A program made the translations under genes and the position numbers. A DNA stretch of 64,000 nt from Perkinsus chesapeaki ATCC PRA-425 (Eukaryota; Protista; Perkinsozoa). The notes under the pieces are model-generated. The model was not told where the DNA came from. It saw only the letters and a program-made list of their open reading frames with translations, and did no database searches. Positions 1 to 12,100 of the stretch are shown one piece after another. How positions within the stretch are numbered: position 1 is the first letter of the stretch; each line of letters begins with the position of its first letter. Where the stretch lies: contig JAAPAO010000064.1 of assembly GCA_013115145.1 (NCBI GenBank), positions 1-64,000 of the forward strand. Reading direction: 5' to 3'.

Positions 1-116
1 CTACAATCATATCAACTATAATGATATTGACTACAATCATATCAACTATAATGATATTGACTACAATCATATCAACTATAAAGATATTGACTACGACCAT
101 ATCGCGATAATATGAT
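1..116. repeat. 30-bp tandem minisatellite (CTACAATCATATCAACTATAATGATATTGA), 3 near-perfect units plus a degenerate one, truncated by window start
   Basis: Units at 1-30, 31-60 and 61-90 (one mismatch in the third); decays after about 103. Confidence 0.95.
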
Positions 117-214
117 GATACATGCTACAAAGTTTCCTTCGTCACCAAGGTTCGTGCTATCCGTTAAAGTATTGTCAATACAAGTTCCGCTGAGTCGATT
201 CTTAACTCGCAACT

Positions 215-1252
215 ATGTCTTCGGACCAAACTACGCAAGACCACTATCAACGCATGGTTAGGAACTTGGACGAGCAGCAAACCTCCACGCTCATGGAGAT
301 ACTGCGTGATATAAAACAGGGTTCCGCCAAGAATGGGGTGCATCACCTCGTCACTGGCGTAGCCGGTTCTGGCAAATCGCATATCCTGAGATGTTTGACC
401 AAAGCTCTGGAGCTTGGAGGATACAGCGTGTACCCGATTGCAATCAACGCATTAGCGTCGAATGTTATCGATGGATCCACGTTTATGCATTTCTTCGCGT
501 TAAAATTTGATCACGAACATGGAATATTGCACGATAATTCGTACTTCAGGAGTCCATCAGTTCTGGCCGAACGAATGAGGCAGGGCTTGGTCTCCACCAA
601 ACGCTTGAAATTGTTTTCCAAGGAACGCAAGCCCGTCATCATATTCGACGAGATTACTACATGCCACAGTTCGATTCTGGAGGCCTTGGATATCTTCCTG
701 AGAACTGCCACAGGAGAATCAGATTATTTCGGAGGTGTTAGTATCGTGCTGGGAGGAGACTGCCTCCAGCTACGTGGGCCTCAACCACTCAAACACGGAG
801 TGTATCAGAACCTCGAGATCCGTGCTCCCTGGGATTCCCCCTTGCTTCGGGAGCGAGTATCACTGAAAATATACTACCTACAAACTTTTCACCGTGGACT
901 CCACATGCCCGACAGAGCTGAGCGTCCTGGTCGGCGTGGACGACGGCCCTTGGTTTTTACAGGGCATGGCCCAGATGTCCAATACCTGCAACTTCTGAAG
1001 GAAATGAGACATATTCATTTACGCTCAGCGGGCACGAATGTACCCCCCAAACTTTCCGAAGAGTCTATGCAGCTGGTTGCCAAATTAATGGATCGTGAAG
1101 GATCACATGAGACGGGATGGACTGGCCTTTGCATATATAAAAGTAGAGTGGCAGAAATCAATCGACTTCATCTAAATTCAAACAATAATGAAGCTGTCAC
1201 TTTCAAGGCTTTCACTTACGGGTCCAACTTACGGGTCACATTATATGTGTAG
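215..1252 (+). CDS. PIF1-family (SF1B) DNA helicase, intronless, C-terminally truncated; possibly mobile-element derived
   Basis: Walker A TGVAGSGKS, motif Ib GSTFMHFF, Walker B IIFDEI, FGGVSIVLGGDCLQL motif III typical of PIF1; stop codon lies within the downstream satellite; later helicase motifs missing. Confidence 0.8.
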   Translation: MSSDQTTQDHYQRMVRNLDEQQTSTLMEILRDIKQGSAKNGVHHLVTGVAGSGKSHILRCLTKALELGGYSVYPIAINALASNVIDGSTFMHFFALKFDHEHGILHDNSYFRSPSVLAERMRQGLVSTKRLKLFSKERKPVIIFDEITTCHSSILEALDIFLRTATGESDYFGGVSIVLGGDCLQLRGPQPLKHGVYQNLEIRAPWDSPLLRERVSLKIYYLQTFHRGLHMPDRAERPGRRGRRPLVFTGHGPDVQYLQLLKEMRHIHLRSAGTNVPPKLSEESMQLVAKLMDREGSHETGWTGLCIYKSRVAEINRLHLNSNNNEAVTFKAFTYGSNLRVTLYV

Positions 1253-1480
1253 GCATGACTATGTGTGACNNNNNNNNNNNNNNNNNNNNNNNNNNNNNNN
1301 NNNNNNNNNNNNNNNNNNNNNNNNNNNNNNNNNNNNNNNNNNNNNNNNNNNNNNNNNNNNNNNNTTGTCATGATATGTGTAGGCATGACTATGTGTGACA
1401 TGATATGTGTAGGCATGACTATGTGTGACATGATATGTGTAGGCATGACTATGTGTGACATGATATGTGTAGGCATGACT
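1243..1480. repeat. 30-bp tandem minisatellite (ATATGTGTAGGCATGACTATGTGTGACATG) spanning an assembly gap
   Basis: Same unit on both sides of the N run; at least 3.5 copies after the gap. Confidence 0.95.
1270..1365. other. assembly gap (N run)
   Basis: Run of N inside the satellite; true array length unknown. Confidence 0.99.
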
Positions 1481-2109
1481 ACGCCTGTAACATGAATTGC
1501 TCAAGTGAAGCGTTATGGCACGTACTGTGACACGTTTAAGCTGACTCACGTTTGACACAGATCTGATCAGGCAAGTCTTGCCTGGCAAGACTACATAATA
1601 GTCGTCGACTATGTGTGATGTCCCGCGATTAAGCTTGATTGCGTGCGATGTGACATTTACATGTTAATCACGGTAATGGCATGCCATGGTGTCATTGAGA
1701 TGTACAGAACGGTTGCGTGGAGTATGGACATTACTCTCCAAGCATTCGCAGCAGAAATTGTAGGCAAACACAAGGCCAGCAGCATGCATAAGAGTATGAT
1801 TGAAGCAAATGCAAATACGTGAATAGAGCCGCCGTGGACTCGCACCACCACAAGCTCGAATTCCGGAGCTAAATAGGAATACTAGCACTCACACGCACTC
1901 GGTTCGTATAACCTGCTCGAACAAAAAAACGACCAGTGCGGCAGGATTCAAACACTTACCGGTACTTACGCGACGACTGCCAACAGTCTAAAATGAAATA
2001 TATGGCGCGCGCGAAAAGTTTTGTGGCGCGCAAGAATTTAATGAGCACAAGCTCGGATGTGCCCGTCGTAGGTTTAGTCGAAGTCTGGCAGCATACTCAT
2101 CATTCGTGC

Positions 2110-2309
2110 GCTGGAGCGGCCGTAGGCCGCTCTTCAGCAACTGCGGGTCGGCCGTAGGCCGATTGGGGCGCAATTGGATGTTCTCGGGTGCCCTGCAGAG
2201 ACTCGTGGTGACAGCCAACCCCGCGCGTGGTGATAGCGAGCCCATAGGCCGGAATCCAAGCCGGATCTTGCGCTCATGCGGATTCGGGGTTCGAACCCCG
2301 GTCGCGTCA
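2110..2309. other. cluster of GC-rich hairpins and a B-box-like palindrome
   Basis: GAGCGGCC-GTA-GGCCGCTC (2114-2132), TCGGCC-GTA-GGCCGA (2148-2162), CGGGGTTCGAACCCCG (2285-2300). Confidence 0.6.
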
Positions 2310-2475
2310 TTATTCTCTATTTTCCCCATTCGAAAAATGCGCTGAAAGATATCTTAATTGTGTAGACTGACTACTGGACTTTGTATAGAGGCTTAGCACA
2401 TCCCCAGTGCGTCGACGCTTACCCGTCACTCAAGACCGCATCAATACCAACTCTATTCGCAGCTACTGTACCGTA

Positions 2476-4076
2476 ATGTTCCGTCCCGAGATCTCCCCTC
2501 TTCTACGACTGGCCCGGGCCGTCCCTCGAGCAGCCTTCTCCAGGGCCGCTGCTCCTCGATTCATTACAACCACAACTGTAGCGGCAACCAGGGCATTCCC
2601 CTCCTCCTGCAGGGCATTCTCGAGCAAGGCGTCCAGCAAGGACGAGTCGGCGCTTCTGCTCGATATTGAAAAGTACCATGGGTAAGCAGTGAAGGGTTAT
2701 AGTGTAAGTCTGTAGGAATATGGACGAGGCGATGAAGGCCTTCGGACAGGGCAGCTTGAGGGAGTGTTTGACTGCTAATAATAAGGCCATTCAGCTTTTT
2801 GAAGAACAAGGCGATAAGGTGGCGGTACCGCTCTTTTCAGGGATGTGGGATTTTACCCTCTCAGGCCCTCCGCCGCCAGCAGCACCAACGTTACGCTGCG
2901 GCATATCTGAACAACGCATTTGTAATGAAGCAACTAGGGGCATATCAGGAAGCCAAGGAAGCTGCGGACAAAGGGCTGGCGATACTCATGAAAAAGTGCT
3001 ATTGGGCTGCTGAGGGAATGGGATGGCTCATACCGTATCGCCAGATACACTATGCACAAGCGAGAGATTGCCGAGACCCTCGATTTGCTTGGGGAACTTT
3101 GCCAGAATTTGGAGCTCACGGAGGAAGGCAAGGCTCATGTGAGCAAGTCTATCGAGCTCAAGACGGCACTGTAGTACGGGGGAGTCGGAATTGGGGGTTA
3201 GCGGTCACCACGATAGGTACGGCGCTAATGCTATCCAGCTCGCCGTACCGATGAACATTCGAGGAGCGTTGCAGTTACAGCAAGGCCATCTGGACAAGGC
3301 CCGCTCGGATTTCTTACGGGCACTTACGTATACGTAGGGCACAGGGATCGGCTGGGTGTGATCGGTTTGCTTGACAGGGTTAAGTACCATTCGGCTGGGA
3401 AGCCTGTGCACCCGCAAATTGCAGTGTGCTTGAGTAATCTCGCAGGGGTACTCAAAAAGGAGGGCAAGTAGAAAAAGTGCATAAAGGGAGATATCAGACG
3501 AGTCTTAATCAGACTGGATGAGTGTCGCCAAATATACACGGAAGTGGTCGGATCCATGGGCCAGGAGTTCGGCAAGACATCTGCGGTCACCGCCCAAGCA
3601 CTTTGCGATCTCGGAGCCACTTACGTGAGAATTTGCGTTGATGGAGCTTTGAAGGTACCGTTGTTTAGGTCGGTTTGAAGTACAAAAAGCTTGCTCAATC
3701 GACGTTGACCGAGGCGCTACATGCCAGTACGGTCTCCAGAGGAATTGAGCATCCTTTAACGCAGCGGATCGTAGAGTGGCTTCAAGATGGTAGGAGCGAC
3801 GGCAAGGTCATTCGGGAATCTGTCCTTGTCAGCTGCGAAGATTGAAAACCCGGAGGACGTCGACGGGTTTTGCGGCGATGACTTTGTCGATAATTTGCTC
3901 AGAGATTGCGTTCACAAGATAGCAGAGCAGGACAGTAAGCCTCGGCGTTGTCCCTGTTGTTCGATTGTGTTACGGTCTCAGAGAACTCGGAGGATGCGGC
4001 TGTGCGTGGCGATATTATCTTCTTGGACCAGCGTGGTCATGTTGGCCATGGCAGCCCGTTGAAGCCCCTCATATAG
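2476..4076 (+). CDS. multi-exon TPR (kinesin-light-chain-like) repeat protein with mitochondrial presequence
   Basis: N-terminus MFRPEISPLLRLARAVPRAAFSR...RAFSS is Arg/Ala/Ser-rich; spliced exons give TPR helices (YAAAYLNNAFVMKQLGAYQEAKEAADKGLAI; IAETLDLLGELCQNL; AVCLSNLAGVLKKEGK); GT-AG introns. Confidence 0.75.
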
Positions 4077-4508
4077 ATATTGTATCGATTCACTGTCCAT
4101 CAACACTGTGTACACAAATTTACATTTTCTAGTGCAACGCTATCTTGTGCTACTAGTTAGGTTGATGCTATAAGACAGCAGATCACGAGCAGGTAACTTG
4201 CTTTATCATATTAAGGGAAGTGTGGTGGTCTCTGTGAATGAAAGGATCGATAGAAAATATCCATGGCTCGCGGACCGTTTGAATTCCGCCAACAGGACGG
4301 CAATTTGTGCCTCAATTGGCATTCAATTCGCTGATTGTTTCCCCGAGCTTTCTCTCCCGAGGACTACAGGAAAGCGTTTATGGGGCAAGTCTTGTGGGCG
4401 CGAGGTTCTGCGTATGCTAACTGACTACTTAGCAACAAACATGAAGAGGATGTTAGAAACAAGTCGCACTGGGAAACGGTGCAGGAAAAATAGACCGCCA
4501 ACTTGCCA

Positions 4509-6028
4509 TTAGGCGTTTTCAATCTCCTCGTCGGGTACTCGATAAATCTTGTCCGCTATCATACACACTCTTTGGATCCTCTTTACGTCGTGTACTCTGA
4601 CCATGCTTGCACCCTTCTCGATGGAGGCGACCACTGCAGCACTTGTGCCAAACGCGGCCAGGTCCCAGATGTCTTCAGGAGGATTGCTCCGGTCAGTTAC
4701 GAATCTCTTTCTAGAAGGTCCGCTCAAAGATGGCCAAGGAGCTCCAGAGAGGGTCGCAGGCAAAGCATCGTTATAGTGTCGAAGCAACTGGAAGTTGTGG
4801 TTCGCAAACTTTCCAAATCCGAGACCAACATCGGCAACAATATCCCAGCGGGGGATGCCGGCCTTCATCGCGTCGTTGATCTGTTCCGTGAGGGCTTCGC
4901 GGACCTCCCACACAACACCGTGCTCATATTTCTCTTTACCGTGAGGCTGCATGTGCATGGAGATGTACGGCACCTCGAGCTCGACAACAGTCTTCCACAT
5001 CTCCGGGTCCCACAAGCCACCCCAGATATCGTTAATCATATCAGCACCGGCTTCCACCACCTTCCGAGCGGTACTGGCATTCCTCGTATCAACACTGAGC
5101 AGCACGGAACCGCCGAAGTTCTCGCGTATGGCCCGGATGACAGGCAAGACTCTCCTCTGTTCTTCGGCGACATCCAAGGCATTAAAGCTGTTGGTTCCAG
5201 GTCGAGTGGACTCGCCACCGATATCGATGATGTCGGCGCCGCCCTCGATCAGCTCTCTCGCGTGCTTAACTGCCTTATCGACCGTGTTGTAAAGGCCACC
5301 ATCAGAAAAGGAATCGGGGGTTACGTTGAGGACGCCCATAATGTAGGTTTTGCCGCAGTCCCAATCAAGCAGCTGATCATCACCAATAGGGAGCACTCTA
5401 TGGCACGAACCCATTGTCGTCGGTAGGGCGCTGGTCATCTGGCCTAGGGTTTGACCGATGATCGGATGACGCCACGCAGAAGGCAGGACGTCTCGTAGTG
5501 GCGCCAAGACGAAATCTCGCTCCTGAATCCGCTCGTGGGGTATCTTGAGATCTTCATAATCGATAACCTCATCACCATAGAGAAGAATGTCAAGATCAAT
5601 CGGACGGGGGCCGTAACGGAGAGTTCGAACCTGCAAAGAGGACAGCCGCATAGTGCCGCTACTCGAGGAGAGTTATCATCCCACCCTTCCCATCTTTTCT
5701 TCTATCTCGTTGAGCTTCTTTAAAAGATCGTGAGGAGCCAACTCAGTCTCAAGCGACAGCACGCAGTTCAAGAAGTCCGGCTGCTCGGTTACATACTGGG
5801 CCTTCGTTTGATACAGAAACGAAGTGTCGGAAATGGTACCTGTCAGAGCGGCGTTTGACAATCACACAACGAAAGCAAGGAGCTCTCACCGAGACCATCC
5901 GCAGTCATGAGTCGGAGGGCCTGACGGATGTTCTGTGCGCGCTTGCCCATGTTGCTGCCGAGGGCGATGTACGCGCGTTTTAACGTCGAAGAGGCGGGAG
6001 AGGCCATTGTGGAGTCGGTTGATGACAT
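4509..6028 (-). CDS. PPPK-DHPS: bifunctional HPPK-DHPS (folate synthesis), 2 introns
   Basis: HPPK motifs AYIALGSNMG, PDFLNCV, RYGPRPIDLDILLY, IPHERIQERDFVLAPL; DHPS motifs IMGVLNVTPDSFSDGG, DIGGESTRPG, SRKRF, VRVHDV; introns near 5841-5889 and 5632-5685. Confidence 0.95.
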
Positions 6029-6111
6029 AAAAAATTGATAGATTAGTCGACCTCTGCACGCAGGGGCTGCCAAGCCATCACCATCAACACAAGTGCAGGG
6101 CTAATGGGAAA

Positions 6112-9066
6112 CTATCTAGGAGGCAAGTAATAGTAACAGAAGTTAATTCCCATGGAGAGATCGTGGAAGATGGAACGCTCGTCCTTGGCGGCGACGGCCA
6201 GCACGTTGAGGAGGCCTCGACAGCTGGCTTTGAAGGATCGGCGAAGTTCGGTGAGCTCCGAGATAAGGTCCGTAGGATCACCTATAGACGAGTCAACAAG
6301 GAGATGGGCAGTACTGCATGCTACCGCCTTCGACAGCACACTCCTCCATGGTCGCAGTCCCTCGGCTATGTGGATAGGACTCAGCAGAGGCATCAAACGA
6401 CGAGACGGAGTCGAAGGTCGCCTCCCGAACAAGGCGGGCACCTGCACGCACGCGTAGATTCTAGCGTGGAGGGGAGCATTGTCTACTCGGTAAGGTTAGA
6501 ATGCCGGCCTTCTCCGAGAGAACTCGGTAGCTCTTGCAGACTGTAAGCATATCCATTATAGCATCGCGGATGACCTGAAGGTAAGTTCGAGAGATTGGGC
6601 GATTTCCAGACCTACCGCGGTGCGGGGGGACATGAACAGCGAGCGGGCGAGGCTACTGTGGAGGTACTCATGAAAATGCAGACGGCCGAGGGCCTCGACG
6701 CTGCTGACCTTGGTGGCTGATATATCGAAACGACGGGATTCCGGGTCGATGACGGACTGCTTGAGGTAGCTCTCGAGGGTCCGGACAAAGTGGAGGAGTT
6801 CACCGCGGACAGCATAGAGGAAGGCAAGCACGCCCTGATGGCAACACCGCGGCTTGGCTATGATGCAGGATTGAGCCTCGTACAGCGCTTGCATGAGACG
6901 GAACGCCTCAGAGTAGAATTGAAGAGCTAGAGGTGTCAGAATAGCAGACTGCTGGGAGCTCATGGACGGCAGTCTCACCGCACCACCGAGCGGGTCGATC
7001 TCTATATCTACGCCTGTTAAAGTGAGAATGTGAGGCTTCACCCATGCACCGTACCGTGAGGCCCAGAGCGGCCCCCTTGGTCCAGAATCGGCCAGCCAGT
7101 CCTGAACGTGCTCATCGAATGCCATACACACCAGTCTTAGTGCTCTAAACACGCTGCTAAGCGGGGCCGCGCCACCGCTGCCGCATTCGAGCAGCTCGCG
7201 GACCGCGTGACAGCCGGCAGCCTGGGCTCCCAGTCGGTGCTCTAGCAACATCTGGGCCTCACTGGACTGCCCCATGAGCTGAGCTCTAGCATCGTGACCG
7301 GCTACCTCCCAACCGTACTGTGCTGAAGAGGGAATTTCCATCGTGTGGGCCATGACCAATTGTAGAGGGTGTATTGGGTCGGCCGCTACCTTCTCGATGA
7401 TAATTACCATATCTTTGTGACCGTCCCTGCTGTCCCCCGGCACTTCGCCATCATAAGCCATGCATCTAGCGCTCGCCAGAAGAGGGCCAATGCAAGCCCG
7501 GTAGAGTGCAGCGGCAATGTTGCAACCGGAGGACCGACAGCGCCATAGCTGTTGGACCACAGGGCCTTCTCCGCGCAGGGCCAGGGCGGCTTTAACGATC
7601 GGCGTTGCCAGACGCAACAGGTCGCAGTGGAGGGTAAGAAGGGTGCAAGCCAGCTCGGAGGTGGAGTACTTGTGCTGCAGGGCCTCAAGGCCTTCTATGA
7701 GCCTGCTGAGGAGGGAGCTCACTTCGGACTGAAGGGACAGGAAACAGCTGCGGTGGTCGTAGCGGCCAGGAATGTAGGGCAGGGTAGCGAGCTTCAGAAC
7801 GTGCGTGATGATGACAGCTATGCCATCTAGGGCGGCTGCTAGAGCCTTCGGTGTCAGGTGCTTGCAGGCCACAGCGTCACCTTTGGAGATAGCAGGATGA
7901 GCTCGGACAACATCATCGGTGATATGGAACACCGTATTGAGGCTAATCACGGTGTTGTCCTTGGGCGGACATACGGCCACGGTGTAACAGGCAGTGAAGA
8001 CCTCCTCGACCACCCAGGACTCGGGAACCAGCCAGGGGCGTCGGCGACCGTCGAGCATGAGCACCTCGGCCACATCAACGTGGGCCGCCAATAGGTCCTC
8101 GGGCTCCTTGCCGGCCTCTTCAGCTCCCAGGGGAGCAGACTGACAAAGTCGAGTGAGGTCAGCCGCACACATGATTGTATCTTCCGTCACCGCAGGCGCA
8201 GCACCGCCCCTCAAAGCAAATGGGCCGAAGCAAGGTAATTCAAGTCCACCGGGGCTCGACGTCCCAGATGCCGTCGAGGTGGTCCGGTCTGCGAGATCTT
8301 CGTCATCATCGGAGCTGCTGTCACAGGCCGCCATGGCCAGCTCCCAGCCGGTCTCGACGCTCGCCTGTGCGATGGCGGCTAGCATACGCTTTTCCTCAAG
8401 GCCTTCCCGAAGCCTTCCTAGATGGTCGTAGCGGGCCGCTGCCTGAAGAGGGTAGGCCCAGCGAAGGTCGGAAAGATACGCACCTCAGCGTGCTCACGCT
8501 GGAGCTCCTCCTCGACTCTGTCCACTGTGGCACGGTCAACGCTACAGGGGTCGCCAGAGAGATTGAGCAGGAGGGAAATTATCGATGGCAAAATAGACTG
8601 AAAATTCGGCGGAGCGAAGCAGACAGAAGCAAACGGATCCTACCTCGTCACCGTCATCCTTGAGCCCAGCAGCTAGAGCTGTCTTGGGCATTTCTCGGAG
8701 GTAGAGTTCGGCCAGGAGCTCGCCGCAGCCCACCGGCGTGCCACGAGTTTCCACTTTGACGATGAGCCTAAAAGGCGGTGCCCGGCTGTCCTCTGCTGCC
8801 CCAGCCTGCTACTGCTTCATGTCCCTATTAACCGCCAATGCATCTACAGAGGGAAAGCTGTGATGGGCCAGGTTGTATCGGGCAAACCTGAACAGGGATT
8901 TCAAGTGTAGGCGAGACGGTGGGTGGTACTGTGATATCTTTGACCTATCCGCATAGCCCAGGTCCAGCTCCTCCGGGATAAGGACATCAAGCAGCGCCGA
9001 TAGTACCGACTGGGCTCGATTCTGACGCTCACGCCCGAACGCGGAGACTGAAGTGCTGCCTAGCAT
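6112..9066 (-). CDS. gamma-tubulin complex component (Spc97/98 family, GCP5-like), multi-exon
   Basis: C-terminal GRIP2-like LLHFVRTLESYLKQSVI...LHFHEYL and terminal LSMGINFCYYY; N-terminal FARYNLAHHSFPSVD resembles the GCP5 N-terminal motif; large exon 6556-8385. Confidence 0.75.
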
Positions 9067-9152
9067 CACCACCTTTGAGAGCAGGATAGACAACAGTGGA
9101 GGAACGCAAGGACTGGGTCAAGGAAGGAAACAGTAACACAATATAGGGACAG

Positions 9153-12100
9153 CTACTCGGCCAAGCCGCCGCCGTCCTGCTGATGCTGCTGGTCGGAATC
9201 ATCCTGTCCGGCCGAGATCGACATCGCGTATCGAACGTGCATCCGGAGCTCCCTCTCCTCCACCTTGGATAGAGTATCGTTATGGCCACAGTGTATATGA
9301 ACACACCAGCAATCGCCAGTCTGAACTGGGCAGTCGTAAAGGGCTAGTCGGTGGTCCTCTGCTGTGAGGTTGGTTTCTAGGTCAGCGAACATACAGGGGC
9401 ACAGGGTGAAGGCAGTGGAGGTGGAACTGAAACAAGGTCAAGTGGGGCCGTGGGAGACTAGACCAGAGCCAAAGAAGAGCCGTTCTAGTACGAAAATGAC
9501 AGGATTTGCCGGTGGAACCCCCGTGGCCGTTTCCTATACCGCAAGTACCGGACTATCACCTACCTCGCCAATGCAGCTGGTGCGTTGGGGCACTCCTGGC
9601 CCAAGAAACCTCGTCTGACCTCCACCAGCAGGTTCTCGAGGGACATGGCCGCCCAAAGAGCCGCCGCCACAGGAGCCGGAACGGTACCTAAAAAACCTTC
9701 ATAGTGCGAAAGATACGTACAGTGGCTACCGGATGTCGCACTGCTATGTTCAACCGCAGAGCGCATCTTCTGAACGACCCTGGAGAGCTCCTCGCTGAAA
9801 TTCGCCACAGCCAGTGCCGCCTGTTCTCGATGCCATCTCAGCAATGCAAACGGAGTGATGCTCATCTGAAAGCGGTCTGGGTGATTGCAAGGCCCCGGCG
9901 GGACTTACAGAATCTACACCGGAGTCTCCATATAGTGCCCCGCTTATCCGGGAGGTCTCTCTAGCATAGTCCTCTGCAACCCTAGGGTAGTAGGGGCAAG
10001 CTTTAACACGGACGCTGATGGCGTCATCTGGAATGGGCGTCAGACTGCCCCAGACCTGATGAGAATCAGTGGCCCAGTTACCGCCCCTTAATCAGCGACA
10101 AGCTCCCTATGCCAGAAGTAACGGGAGCAGCAGGTCACTGTCTGGCCGCCAGACTCTGGCGAGGCAACTGATAACGGTTGCCTGCACCTTTGAAGCATCG
10201 CACGACTTTCACGTCAACATTAGGACACAATAGAAAGCTGACAGCGGGCTGCAACACTTTTTATCATATGGCTCCAAGCATTTGTTCTCGATGTATGCAA
10301 ATAGCGAAGATTCATGTAGAATCGTCACCGATAAAACATTATGGACCTACCTGCATCTTATCAAGCCACTCGGTCAGTGCCCAGTGCTCCGAAGAGCTAT
10401 CCCGATAGTCCGGCAACTCCCCTGTGCCTATATCAGCCAGGGGCTGCCCTCCAGCATCCAGCCTCGATCGTATCTGAGCAGTGTGATACCGGAAGCTTCG
10501 ATGTCAGGCCGGTACGATATTGAGGATTTCCTTCATTTCCGCGAGATAGGGCGTGACGCTGCTGCTGAGCTCCTCCACAGTATATGTCCCGATCGATGCC
10601 GCGGGAGTGTCATCCGTTGGGGTCACCATCTCTGAGAGCAGCGGATGCAGAAAGGCCAGACACGGCTTACCAATAGATCGCCCGCGCTGGGTTAACTGAG
10701 GTGGTGGTCGATGGTTGGCTTCCTGGTCAGAGATGCCGCTACTAGGGGACCTAAATGTGACCAATGGAGCAGGACGCCTCCTGATGAGCCCCCTCACCCG
10801 TCACTGTTGGCCGCCGCGCTGCCACCGAGCTCCTGCAGCTGAATGTACCGCCCGGTAGTGTGAGCACTACGAGTAGGGGCATCCTCGCATGAAGTGAAGC
10901 TAGAAGAGCGATGGTGTGAGGCCTGCGCACCGGAAAGAATCTGGAAAGATACGCCAGGATGGGATACCCCAAGGCCTGCTATGGTGGAGATGCGATCATC
11001 CCTTGAGCGGCCGAGAATGAAGAGCAGCTCCTCGATGCTGGTCTCATCCGATTCCGAGCTCTCGTCGACACCGATGAGGCTCAAGAAACGAGTGAGATAG
11101 GCGAGAGCCAGCGATGCCTGATGGTACAGTGAAGGGAAGTTCGGGCGCTGCTGACTTACTTCGTACAGTGTGCGCCGGGAAACTGCGGAGATGCGAAGCT
11201 CTGGGGGAAGGTCCCCAACCAACCTAGCGAGAATCTTGGCCGGATGGACGGCCGGCTGTCCTACCTCGCCGCAACGCCGGTACGGAGGTTGGCGTCCTCG
11301 GGTATTATAGTGTCCCGAGGATCGCACATGAGAATCTTAGGGGTGTCGTGGATGGCCAAGAAGTTGTCAACATTGTGTGCAGTTGTCCCTGTGAGACGGA
11401 GGGCCATTGCCGCCCAGTTGCCGAATGTAGACCTGTCCGGCGAAATGCGTGTTGCTTCTCATACCGCTCCTTCGCCAACTCACCGTGCCGTGGCCTCCAA
11501 AGTCCGGAAGGACCTGTCCGCCACGACAAAATCCAGCTTGAGACCGGGCCGCGGACGATCGTAGACCTTGCCGAAGTGGCAGGCCGTCACACCACCAATA
11601 GATCTGCCGTGCACCTTAAACGAGGTAATAAGAGAGCACGGGTTCGATCCCCACAGCCGGCGTTTTACCCCAACTCTCTGGACAAATCCAGGGCCGCGCT
11701 TGGCTCCCTGTGTTGCTACCCACTGCATGATTGTCTCGCTGTCAGCACATAGGCTACCGGGAGTACACAGACCTACAGTGGACCATGGATAGAGGCCTCA
11801 TATACACGACGCGAAGGCAATTCGCAAAACCAGGTCTCAGGTTTGCGAGTCCTTCTCAAACAAAGCTTTGAGTCCATTCAACGAAACGTATTGCACACGA
11901 AGTAGAGGAAGTGAGTAGGAGGAAGACCATCGCTGCTACTGTCACCACGGGTGGTGGCTATATTATAATGGCAGACCATCCCCTCACAGGGAACAGGAGC
12001 CATGGAGAGGCGGCACTTGTGCTCCTGCGAAGCCTCGAAGCCAAGTTACCCAATTGAATCATAAAAGATGGCTCGATTACATTATATATGGCCCCCGAGG

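Noticed and set aside
1-1480. 30-bp repeats as a possible CRISPR array
   Set aside because: Head-to-tail units without spacers, no cas genes, eukaryotic context
4503-5426. 307-aa plus-strand ORF
   Set aside because: Antisense shadow of the DHPS exon with no recognisable motifs; the same applies to many other antisense ORFs in the track
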